Part shown: positions 1-7,667 of the stretch, piece after piece
Numbering within the stretch: position 1 is the first letter of the stretch
How the letters are laid out: each line of letters opens with the position of its first letter
Source: Alcanivorax sp.
GTDB lineage: Bacteria > Pseudomonadota > Gammaproteobacteria > Pseudomonadales > Alcanivoracaceae
Direction of reading: 5' to 3'
Assembly (NCBI GenBank): GCA_022449455.1
Contig: JAKUPL010000003.1
Location: forward strand, 254,307 to 286,306
DNA length: 32,000 bases
Program-made: the position numbers and the translations under genes
Notes under the pieces: generated by a model
What the model was told of the DNA's origin: nothing
Database searches by the model: none
What the model saw: the letters and a program-made list of their open reading frames with translations, nothing else

Positions 1-542
1 TCAAAACTGTCCACGTACTGGCGTTTCAAAGGCATATACTCGTGGGCTCGCTCCTCTTCGTAGAGGTCCGCCCGATGCGCCCTAGAGACCACTTTGCCTG
101 GCCACCCTTTTCGCTTCTGCTCACAAGCCGCGTACGCGGCGGCATTGTTCCAATAGCTGTAGATGACGTCCGTTGGATTGTCGGCAAGGAATCGTTTCAG
201 ACGCCTTTCGGCGATTTTAACCTGTGTGGTTTCTTTCAGGGCCAACCAGACGGTGGCCAGCGTCAGTTTTGCTTGCGAGCGAAGATAGCGGACCTCATTT
301 CTGAAAGTAGCGGAGAACAACGCACTGAAAAGCGCGCTGACCATCGCTGCCCTGGGCACTGTTTCGCGAGGCTCCGAAACTTCAAGCCGCTTCGGGACCG
401 GCCTGGGCTCACCGGCTCCCAGGGCCGGCAAAATGCGGATGTCCTGGAAACCGCTATCGGCCCAATACCCGATTTCATCTTCCAGAAACTGTTCTCCCGG
501 GGGATACGGGTAATTAATGGTCAGCAACAGCAGACTTGCCAC
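1..542 (-). CDS. Glycosyltransferase (GT-B/GT4-like), N-terminal part only; gene continues past the left edge
   Basis: Absent from the ORF track because there is no stop inside the window. The minus-strand frame is open from 542 to 1. The translation VASLLLLTINYPYPPGEQFLEDEIGYWADSGF...VIYSYWNNAAAYAA...KVVSRAHRADLYEE looks like a GT-B N-terminal domain. The putative GTG start at 542..540 lies 4 nt after the wbpB stop. The + strand ORF 42..701 is its antisense shadow. Confidence 0.5.
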   Translation of the reverse strand, partial: MASLLLLTINYPYPPGEQFLEDEIGYWADSGFQDIRILPALGAGEPRPVPKRLEVSEPRETVPRAAMVSALFSALFSATFRNEVRYLRSQAKLTLATVWLALKETTQVKIAERRLKRFLADNPTDVIYSYWNNAAAYAACEQKRKGWPGKVVSRAHRADLYEEERAHEYMPLKRQYVDSF

Positions 543-546
543 CCGA

Positions 547-1497
<951 letters not shown>

Positions 1498-1501
1498 CTA
1501 C

Positions 1502-2662
1502 TTAGTGCAGTATCCGGCGGGCCAGTACCGCGTAATCCAGCTTGTTCCGGGCCAGCGCTTCCGCCCTGCCCTTCATGGCGTCCAGATCGGCGGCGCCGGA
1601 TTGAATCTCTTGCAGTGCCGCGACGATACCGGCCTGATCGGTCACCCGCCAGCCGGTTCCGTCGGTATAGATTTCGTGCCCTTCCATGTCTTCCAGAATC
1701 AGCGCGCAGCGGCAGCACAGGCTGGTCTGCATGGTGGACGACTGGCTGCCCGGCTGCAGGTAGACGTCGGCGGCGCACAGCAGCGCTTTCAGTTGCGCCG
1801 GGCTTTGCCAGCCCAGGAAGCGCACCCGGGGGTCCACCTGAATCAGGGCTTCCGCTTCCTCCCGGACCTCCTCCAGCAGGGAGCCGGCGATCACCAGGCG
1901 GAAGTCCGGGTCCGGCACTTCGGCAAAGGCCCGCAGGGCCTCCAGAATCTTCTTGTGCGAGGCCTGCTTGCCGGACTGCACGAACAGGGTGCCGTGGGCG
2001 GGCACCGCCAGGTCCGCCCGGATGGTCTCGCGCAGCCGCCGGTACTCGTCATCGGGCACCGGATGACCGCCCAGGGGGTAAAATTCCAGCTTGCTGTCCG
2101 GTACGCCATAGAAGTCCCGGGCGAACCGGCCGGTGAGCGCGGAGATGTACAGGACCCGGTCGATCGCGTTCAGGCAGCGGTGCACGATGGGCCGGTAATA
2201 CAGATAGTGCAGGCCCCACTTGGACACCGGCCCCCGGGCGCTGTTGATAAAGTCCGTGTGGGTGTCCACGTAGAACTTCACCTCCGGGTGCGCCTGCTTG
2301 TAGCGGCGCACAGTGAGCAGCTCCCAGCCGCACATGCCGTGGAACAGGATGGCATCCGGGGCGAACGCTTCCAACAGTTGGTAGACACCGCGATGCACCC
2401 GCAGGCTTTTCGCCAGACGGTGGGGCAGCGCCGGGTGATACGGTAACCGCACCACGTCCACGCCGTGGTCATTGCGGTAGCGCCCGGGCGCCACAAACTC
2501 CCGCTGGCGCTCGGTGTTGAGCACCTGGGTGGAGGCGATCACCAGCACCTGGTGGCCCTGGCGGGCGTGTTCCTCAATCAGCTCGTTTTCCTGGTAGGCG
2601 CGGTCGTCCATGTAGTAGTTGGACAGACACAGATGCGCCACTTTCATACTCGTCCCGGTCAT
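1502..2662 (-). CDS. Glycosyltransferase family 4 (GT-B)
   Basis: 386 aa. The N-terminus (MKVAHLCLSNYY...) and two-domain layout are typical of GT4. The ATG at 2662 forms an ATGA overlap with the wbpE stop. An alternative start at 2647 (MKVAHL) is possible. Confidence 0.75.
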   Translation of the reverse strand: MTGTSMKVAHLCLSNYYMDDRAYQENELIEEHARQGHQVLVIASTQVLNTERQREFVAPGRYRNDHGVDVVRLPYHPALPHRLAKSLRVHRGVYQLLEAFAPDAILFHGMCGWELLTVRRYKQAHPEVKFYVDTHTDFINSARGPVSKWGLHYLYYRPIVHRCLNAIDRVLYISALTGRFARDFYGVPDSKLEFYPLGGHPVPDDEYRRLRETIRADLAVPAHGTLFVQSGKQASHKKILEALRAFAEVPDPDFRLVIAGSLLEEVREEAEALIQVDPRVRFLGWQSPAQLKALLCAADVYLQPGSQSSTMQTSLCCRCALILEDMEGHEIYTDGTGWRVTDQAGIVAALQEIQSGAADLDAMKGRAEALARNKLDYAVLARRILH

Positions 2663-3747
2663 GCCAGGGCCCCGGCCAGCGCCTCCACCACCCGGCTCAG
2701 ATCGTCGTCTTCCAGGTAGGGGTGCATGGGCAGGCTCATCACCTGCCCGGCCATGGCGTCGCCCACCGGCAGGCGGGCGTCCGGGTCCGCCACCGCCGGC
2801 TGGCGGTTCAGCGGGACCGGGTAATGCACCGCGGTGGGGATGCCCGCTTCCTTGAGGCGGGCCTGCACCCGGTCCCGCTCCGGCACCCGCACGGTGTACT
2901 GGGCCCAGGCGCTGACGTTGTGGGCTTCCACCACCGGGGTGGTGTCCAGGCCGGCGACGTTAAGCTTGCCGGTGTAGGCGGCGGCCACCCGGTCCCGACG
3001 GGCCAGCTCGTCTTCGAAGATCTCCAGCTTGGCCAGCAGGATGGCCGCCTGCAGGGTATCCAGGCGGCTGTTCAGGCCCACCCGGGCGTGGTGATAGCGG
3101 CGGTCCTGGCCGTGATTGGCGATCTGGCGGATGCGCTCCGCCAGCGCCTCGTCGCTGGTGAACAGGGCGCCCCCGTCCCCGTAGGCCCCCAGCGGCTTGC
3201 TGGGGAAGAACGAGGTAGTGGCGATGTGGCTCAGGTTGCCGGAGCGGCGGCCCTTGTAGGTGGCGCCCAGGCTCTGGGCGGCGTCCTCGATCACCACCAG
3301 GCCGTGGCGTTCGGCCACCGCGTTGATGGCGTCGAAGTCGGCGCACTGGCCGTACAGAGACACCGGAATAATGGCCTTGGTGCGCTGTGTGATCAGCGCT
3401 TCCAGGCCGGCCGGGTCCAGGTTGTAGGTGCGCGGGTCGATGTCCGCGTACACCGGGCGGGCACCGGTGACGGCCACCGCTTCGGCGGTGGCGATAAAGG
3501 TAAAGCCGGGGGTAATCACCTCGTCGCCGGGGCCGATACCCACGGCCATCAGGGCGATCTGCAGGGCGTCGGTGCCGTTGCCCACGCCAATACAATGGCC
3601 GGCGCCGGTAAAGGCGGCCAGCTTGTGTTCCAGCTCGGCCACTTCCGGGCCCTTGATGTACTGGCCGTGGGCCAGTACGGCCTGGATATTAGCGTCGACG
3701 GCGGCCTTGATGCGCGCCTGCTGGGCATGGAGATCAATAAACTGCAT
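2659..3747 (-). CDS. wbpE: UDP-2-acetamido-2-deoxy-3-oxo-D-glucuronate aminotransferase (WbpE/WlbC-like, DegT family)
   Basis: Trimmed from track ORF 2659..3978 to M78 ([14 protein letters not shown]...). From that point the protein follows the WbpE pattern (GNGTDALQIAL, SFFPSKPLG with the PLP lysine, HGQDRRYHH). The upstream 77 aa are Arg/Gly-rich high-GC read-through. This ATG shares one base with the wbpD stop (TGATG). Confidence 0.85.
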   Translation of the reverse strand: MQFIDLHAQQARIKAAVDANIQAVLAHGQYIKGPEVAELEHKLAAFTGAGHCIGVGNGTDALQIALMAVGIGPGDEVITPGFTFIATAEAVAVTGARPVYADIDPRTYNLDPAGLEALITQRTKAIIPVSLYGQCADFDAINAVAERHGLVVIEDAAQSLGATYKGRRSGNLSHIATTSFFPSKPLGAYGDGGALFTSDEALAERIRQIANHGQDRRYHHARVGLNSRLDTLQAAILLAKLEIFEDELARRDRVAAAYTGKLNVAGLDTTPVVEAHNVSAWAQYTVRVPERDRVQARLKEAGIPTAVHYPVPLNRQPAVADPDARLPVGDAMAGQVMSLPMHPYLEDDDLSRVVEALAGALA

Positions 3748-4328
3748 CAGCCAGCCTCTTTGGTCAGGGCCTTGCCGCGCAGTACATAAACCGCGCCGGT
3801 GTGCGGACACACCGCCCGGCCCTCGCCGTCCAGGGGCAGGTCCAGCTGCGCGCCGAACTCGCTCATCCAGCCGATCTGCCGGCCGGGCACGCCCACCACC
3901 AGGGCGTAGGCCGGCACATCCTTGTTGACCACGGCGCCGGCGCCGACAAAGGCGTGAGCGCCCACGGTGACCCCGCACACGATGGTGCAGTTGGCGCCCA
4001 GGGTGGCGCCGGTGCGAATCAGGGTGTCGCGGTATTCATCCTTGCGCTGGATAAAGGAGCGCGGGTTGTAGACGTTGGTGAACACCATGCTGGGGCCGCA
4101 GAAGACGCCATCTTCCAGGTGCACGTTGTCGTAGATGGACACGTTGTTCTGGATCTTGCAATCGTCGCCGATGGTCACTTTATTGCCAACGAACACGTTC
4201 TGACCCATGGACACATTGCGGCCCACCCGGGCACCGCCGCACACATGCACGAAGTGCCAGATGCGCGAGCCACTGCCGATTTGCGCGCCCTCATCGACGA
4301 TGGCGCTGTCGTGTACCTGATAATCCAT
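3747..4328 (-). CDS. wbpD: UDP-2-acetamido-3-amino-2,3-dideoxy-D-glucuronate N-acetyltransferase (WbpD/WlbB-like, left-handed beta-helix)
   Basis: Trimmed to M48 ([29 protein letters not shown]...). Shows hexapeptide repeats and the conserved FTNVYNPRS and [14 protein letters not shown] stretches that I recall from WbpD. Confidence 0.8.
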   Translation of the reverse strand: MDYQVHDSAIVDEGAQIGSGSRIWHFVHVCGGARVGRNVSMGQNVFVGNKVTIGDDCKIQNNVSIYDNVHLEDGVFCGPSMVFTNVYNPRSFIQRKDEYRDTLIRTGATLGANCTIVCGVTVGAHAFVGAGAVVNKDVPAYALVVGVPGRQIGWMSEFGAQLDLPLDGEGRAVCPHTGAVYVLRGKALTKEAG

Positions 4329-4369
4329 GAAACTGTCCGCCCCGAATAACAACCGCCTAGGGTACCAGC

Positions 4370-4386
4370 GGGCCCGGTCCGGGCCC
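4370..4386. other. Perfect 17-bp GC palindrome GGGCCCGG-T-CCGGGCCC upstream of wbpD
   Basis: Read directly from the sequence. It lies 42 nt upstream of the wbpD ATG and downstream of the GT remnant stop. There is no U-tract on the minus strand. Confidence 0.3.
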
Positions 4387-4470
4387 AGTCTCACGTCAAA
4401 GCCGCAAGCCCAAGCAGGAGGAGCGGTGAACGAGACGCTTTCCAAGGCCCGACCACTAAGGCCAAACATC

Positions 4471-4549
4471 TTACAGGCAATCCAGAGCCGCCCGCACCAC
4501 CAGGCGCTCGTCGAACTCCGCCTCGATGCGGCCGCGGGCCGGCACTGCT
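4471..4549 (-). pseudogene. 3'-terminal remnant of a GT4 paralog (encodes ...[23 protein letters not shown])
   Basis: About 72 bp align at roughly 83% identity (hand alignment) with 6573-6645, the 3' end of the intact GT at 6552..7667 (...RRRIDAEFAQRLGVRGGLDCLAGACP*). The remnant has an in-frame stop at 4471-4473 and no upstream gene body. Confidence 0.6.
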
Positions 4550-4564
4550 GTCAGTGATCATAAT

Positions 4565-4599
4565 TTGACCTGTTGCAGGCGTGTGAAACCTGCTATAAT
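4565..4599 (+). promoter_or_regulatory. Candidate sigma70 promoter with extended -10 (TGcTATAAT) for the small ORF/GNAT cassette
   Basis: TGCTATAAT lies at 4591-4599, 35 nt upstream of the ATG at 4635. TTGACC at 4565-4570 is 23 nt away, too far to serve as the -35. TTGCAG at 4573-4578 is a weaker -35 candidate. Confidence 0.4.
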
Positions 4600-4634
4600 A
4601 GGGCGCTCGACCACCCATTAAGAGGAGCTGCCGC

Positions 4635-4814
4635 ATGGCCACCGCATCCTTTGAAAAACGCTTTGTGGTCAAAGATAAGGAATCCATTGACCGGATTCAC
4701 CAGGACTTGGCGACCCCCCGCCTTGTCAAGGTCAGGAGACGCGACTACAGAGCCGAGAACGCACGGGGGATTCAGCTATTAAAACGACAATTGTCCAACT
4801 CGGAGACCTCTTAA
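4635..4814 (+). CDS. Small basic protein (59 aa), candidate antitoxin/regulator of the downstream GNAT gene
   Basis: Below the track size cutoff. The ATG is preceded by AGAGGAG with 7-nt spacing. Translation: MATASFEKRFVVKDKESIDRIHQDLATPRLVKVRRRDYRAENARGIQLLKRQLSNSETS. Its stop codon overlaps by one base the AAGGAG Shine-Dalgarno of the next gene. I do not recognise a family. Confidence 0.45.
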   Translation: MATASFEKRFVVKDKESIDRIHQDLATPRLVKVRRRDYRAENARGIQLLKRQLSNSETS

Positions 4815-4826
4815 AGGAGCTTGGTG

Positions 4827-5353
4827 ATGACGATACCGCCAGGCTCCTTACTGCGTTCTCGTGCAATCGAAACAGAGATGTAGAAAACTTCCTCACCCAC
4901 CCCTCCAAAGCCATCCGCTTCGAAAAAACGGATAACGCACGAACTTATCTGATCCTTGATGACGAGACCGGCCATATTCTTGGGTACTTTTCCATTTCGT
5001 TTAAAGAACTCGTCCTGGAAGACCTCCAGATCAGCAAATCCAAGGTAAGGCGCCTTGACGGCATCTCAAAAAATGCGGAACGCATCCGTGCTTTTTTGAT
5101 TGGTCAATTGGGAAAGAACACATCCATCGCTCAAAACCCGATCACTCTCGAGATAATTCTGGAAGAAATCTACGCGGTTATTTCGGAAGCACGGAATCTG
5201 ATCGGCGGCCGTATTATTATTCTGGAATGTGAAGATTCACCCCAGCTTATTCAGTTGTATGAGCGCAACGGGTTCTCCCTGATCCAAACCGCGGATGAGG
5301 CACAAGCTGAGCTACGCACCATGTATATACACGTGGCGGAGTGCGTGGATTAA
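4827..5353 (+). pseudogene. GNAT-fold acetyltransferase resembling TacT/AtaT-type toxins; start region out of frame (frameshift, sequence error or non-canonical initiation)
   Basis: The track reports only the TTG-initiated C-terminal fragment 5096..5353. The same frame is open back to 4691 and reads ...DDDTARLLTAFSCNRNRDVENFLTHPSKAIRFEKTDNARTYLILDDETGHILGYFSIS...IRAFLIGQLGKN...GGRIIILECEDSPQLIQLYERNGFSL, but it has no ATG, GTG or TTG before 5096. AAGGAG plus ATG at 4827 is in another frame and stops at 4881-4883. A 1-nt indel just after the ATG would join the two frames. Confidence 0.55.
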
Positions 5354-5367
5354 GCTCCAGTATGAAT

Positions 5368-5395
5368 ATCTGGACGGATGCCAGATCTATTTTTC
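5368..5395 (+). terminator. Candidate Rho-independent terminator of the GNAT cassette
   Basis: ATCTGG-acggatg-CCAGAT is a 6-bp stem with a 7-nt loop, followed by CTATTTTTC. It starts 15 nt after the stop at 5353. Confidence 0.4.
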
Positions 5396-5404
5396 AACCA
5401 AAAA

Positions 5405-5460
5405 ATCCAGCCCCGTGCGCGGCATCCCCTCCCGGTAGGACGGCAGCACCAGCACATGGC
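5405..5460 (-). pseudogene. Internal remnant of the same or a similar GT4 paralog (encodes ...HVLVLPSYREGMPRT...)
   Basis: About 55 bp align with 6811-6865 of the intact GT (ESHVLVLPSYREGMPRTVLEAAS). The 38-bp core is about 90% identical by hand alignment. The frame ends shortly after (..GLDFLVEK*). Confidence 0.55.
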
Positions 5461-5478
5461 AAGCGCCGGCGGTGATGA

Positions 5479-6057
5479 TCAGCTAACCAGGAGCTGTTCC
5501 GCCTTTTGCATTAATTCGGGGGCAGCGGCACGGCTCTGGTGGTATTCCTTGGTGCTGTTCAGCATTCGTATCGCGGAAGCCAGCGTGATAAGCGATTGCG
5601 CGGGCTCTGGTGTCGCCTGAATTTTCCGGTTTTCCATCATCCATGCGAGAACTTCATCCGCGTGCCAAAGGGGGGTACCTCCGGATACCCGAGGCGATGG
5701 GAATCGCGTGGCGGTTCTTTTCACTTCACCTTTCGCATACTTACGCATCGCCTGCCGGGTGACTTTTGCCAGCCTGTCCGTCATCAGCTCGGCGAGCTCA
5801 GATAAATTAAGCAAATCCGGCCCTGCAGAGACCAATCGCGCTTCTGGGATAGCCGTTTTTACGTCTCGCACGGCGGTTTGCAACGCTTCCCAGGCGGTCG
5901 GCGCTTCTCGGTTGAAGTCGAGGGACAGATAGCCGTGGGAGGCGAGGCCGACCAAGGCATCGTCACAGCCTGCCTCGAACAGAGCGTCCAGCCAGAGTTC
6001 GGGGTCGGCCTCGCCGTCAGGAAGCTGAAAATGAAGCTGGAATTCAAACGTACTCAT
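5479..6057 (-). CDS. Two-domain DNA-binding protein: HicB-like alpha/beta N-domain plus helix-turn-helix; candidate antitoxin
   Basis: 192 aa. The N-terminus (FEFQLHFQLPDGEADPELWLDALFEAGCDDALVG...) is followed by LLNLSELAELMTDRLAKVTRQAMRKYAKGE...TPLWHADEVLAWMMENR, which looks like an excisionase/MerR-like HTH. Its ATG forms an ATGA overlap with the upstream small gene. Confidence 0.55.
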   Translation of the reverse strand: MSTFEFQLHFQLPDGEADPELWLDALFEAGCDDALVGLASHGYLSLDFNREAPTAWEALQTAVRDVKTAIPEARLVSAGPDLLNLSELAELMTDRLAKVTRQAMRKYAKGEVKRTATRFPSPRVSGGTPLWHADEVLAWMMENRKIQATPEPAQSLITLASAIRMLNSTKEYHQSRAAAPELMQKAEQLLVS

Positions 6058-6311
6058 TCCCCACCTCCGGTGTACTTACACTTTTCCACCCATTTATTGA
6101 TAGCTCGCGCATGGGCCTCGGCGTTCCTGGGCGTGGACCAGATCCCATTTCGGCAGAACTTGCCACAACGGCACTCCGGGTCGTTATTCGGGCACTCGAG
6201 AACCCCCCAGGCGTGTGCACTTTTGCCGGCCTTTCGCACCGTCCACCCTCTGGCTTCAGCATACTGAAGCGCCTTTTCGATGGCCGCCTTGGGATGCTTT
6301 CCACGCGCCAT
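6054..6311 (-). CDS. Small Cys-rich protein with a HicA-like N-terminal pattern; candidate toxin
   Basis: Trimmed to M16 (MARGKHPKAAIEKALQYAEARGWTVRKAGKSAHAWGVLECPNNDPECRCGKFCRNGIWSTPRNAEAHA...). GGGGGAAG lies upstream of this ATG, and the predicted -35 overlaps the longer track start at 6356. I recall the HAWG...CP.N...CRCG.FC...IWSTP pattern as a conserved hypothetical family found next to HTH proteins. Confidence 0.5.
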   Translation of the reverse strand: MARGKHPKAAIEKALQYAEARGWTVRKAGKSAHAWGVLECPNNDPECRCGKFCRNGIWSTPRNAEAHARAINKWVEKCKYTGGGE

Positions 6312-6327
6312 ATTGATCTTCCCCCAA

Positions 6328-6356
6328 AACCTATCGTTTCTTATTTTTGTTGTCAA
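6328..6356 (-). promoter_or_regulatory. Candidate sigma70 promoter for the HicA-like/HTH pair
   Basis: On the minus strand, TTGACA (6356..6351) is followed by a 17-nt spacer and TAGGTT (6333..6328), 16 nt upstream of the ATG at 6311. Confidence 0.4.
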
Positions 6357-6457
6357 GTGACAACAAACTCAATGAGATCGAGCCTTAGAGAATCAGGTCC
6401 CAGATCCCGCACCATCTCCTTGTGCGCGAACAGCAGTTTGTAGTCGGAACGCTGATC
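6357..6457 (-). pseudogene. N-terminal fragment of an Rpn/YhgA-like (PD-(D/E)XK) recombination-promoting nuclease/transposase
   Basis: The minus-strand frame reads DQRSDYKLLFAHKEMVRDLGPDSLRLDLIEFVVT* with no start codon. The DYKLLF.H.EMVRDL motif matches the N-terminus I recall for Rpn-family proteins of gammaproteobacteria. Only about 33 codons remain. Confidence 0.35.
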
Positions 6458-6539
6458 TTATGAACAGTATAAAGAGCGAGCGGACCGGCATCTGTCAGTC
6501 AGAACGGAAAAGGATGTAAGCCTAAGCGGACGCAGGCTT

Positions 6540-6551
6540 GGGGGGGGGGGG
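6540..6551. repeat. G12 homopolymer (C12 on the coding strand) abutting the stop codon of the GT at 6552..7667
   Basis: Counted directly: g at 6540 through g at 6551, followed by tta (stop, minus strand) at 6552-6554. Confidence 0.95.
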
Positions 6552-7667
6552 TTACGGGCAGGCGCCCGCGAGGCAATCCAACCCCCCCCGCACCCCCAGG
6601 CGCTGGGCGAACTCCGCGTCGATGCGCCGGCGGGCGGCCTGCCCCGCCGCCGCCAGGGTCTCGGGGGGCAGCGCCAGGCAGTCCTCCATGCAGGCGGCCA
6701 GGGACTCGGCGCTCTTCACCTCACACAGCCAGCCGGTTTCGCCGTTCACCACCGCCTGGCGGCAGCCGGGCACGTCGGTGACGATGGCGGGGCGGCCCAT
6801 GGAGGCGGCTTCGAGCACGGTGCGGGGCATGCCTTCGCGGTAGGAGGGCAGCACCAGCACATGGCTCTCGGCCAGCCAGGGGCGCACGTCCTCCTGCTCG
6901 CCCAGGTACTCCACCACGCCCTCGCTCTGCCATTGGGCCACTTCATCCAGATGGATGGCGCTGCTGTTGCTCACCCCCAGCGGGCCGATCAGCAGAAAGC
7001 GGGCGTCCGAGTGCCGCCGGGCCACCTGCCCCGCCGCCGCCACGTACTCGCGCACGCCCTTATCGGCGATCATCCGCGCCACCATCACAAAGGTGAACGG
7101 CCCCTCGTGGGGCAAGGTGCTGAACGGAAAGCGCAGGGTGTCCATGCCCGAGCCCGGCAACAGCACCGTGGGCGTGCCCTTCAACAAGCCGGTGGCGTTG
7201 AACACCTGCAGGTCTTCCTCGTTCTGGAAGAACACACAGCGCGCCCCGCGGTTGGCGAAGGCATACAGCGAGCGCACCCGCCGATACAGCCAGCTATCGT
7301 GAATAAACGCCGTGCCCAGGCCAGACACATTGTTCGCATAGGGAATGCGCAGCAGACGGCACACCAGGCCGGAATAGATGTTGGCCTTCACGGTGAAATT
7401 GAACACGAACGCCGGCCGCAGCCGGCGTAACGCAAAAAACAGCCGCAACAGGCTCAGCGCCTCGCCCAGCAGACGCGTGCCCTTGCCATCCAACTGCAAC
7501 GGCACGAACTCCACCCCCAGCTCTTCCACCAGCTTGGTGGCATAGCGATCCGGCGGCGCCATGGTGACCACGCGATGGCCCTGGGCCACCAGCTCAGCCA
7601 GGGTGCCGCGACGGAAGTTGTAGAGATACCAGGCGGTGTTGGAGACGAGAACGATGGGCGCGATCAT
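6552..7667 (-). CDS. Glycosyltransferase family 4
   Basis: 371 aa. Has SNTAWYLYNFRRG at the N-terminus and the GT4 C-terminal signature LPSYREGMPRTVLEAASMGRPAIVTDVPG. Its ATG forms an ATGA overlap with the wzy stop. Confidence 0.8.
   Translation of the reverse strand: MIAPIVLVSNTAWYLYNFRRGTLAELVAQGHRVVTMAPPDRYATKLVEELGVEFVPLQLDGKGTRLLGEALSLLRLFFALRRLRPAFVFNFTVKANIYSGLVCRLLRIPYANNVSGLGTAFIHDSWLYRRVRSLYAFANRGARCVFFQNEEDLQVFNATGLLKGTPTVLLPGSGMDTLRFPFSTLPHEGPFTFVMVARMIADKGVREYVAAAGQVARRHSDARFLLIGPLGVSNSSAIHLDEVAQWQSEGVVEYLGEQEDVRPWLAESHVLVLPSYREGMPRTVLEAASMGRPAIVTDVPGCRQAVVNGETGWLCEVKSAESLAACMEDCLALPPETLAAAGQAARRRIDAEFAQRLGVRGGLDCLAGACP
6582..6589 (-). repeat. C8 (+) / G8 (coding strand) homopolymer inside the last 12 codons of the GT gene
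   Basis: Counted directly. It encodes part of ..GVRGGLD... The remnant copy at 4471-4549 has agccgccc at the equivalent position. Confidence 0.95.

Noticed and set aside
3748-3978. N-terminal extensions in track ORFs (2659..3978, 3747..4469, 14577..15515, 30315..30887, 6054..6356, 31163..31606)
   Set aside because: Family-conserved sequence begins at internal Met codons that have better ribosome-binding sites or overlap-coupling with the upstream stop. The extensions are low-complexity or overlap predicted promoters.
4565-4570. TTGACC as the -35 box for the TATAAT at 4594
   Set aside because: The spacer would be 23 nt, too long for sigma70. I kept only the extended -10 call.
4833-4840. Near-ops GGCGGTAT on the minus strand inside the islet
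   Set aside because: It has a mismatch at the last base of the 8-nt core (GGCGGTAG) and lacks the downstream TG. It lies inside the GNAT cassette and is probably coincidental.
5378-5620. 80-aa + strand ORF in the islet
   Set aside because: It spans the antisense of the GT remnant and the 3' end of the HTH gene, and it has no RBS or recognisable features.
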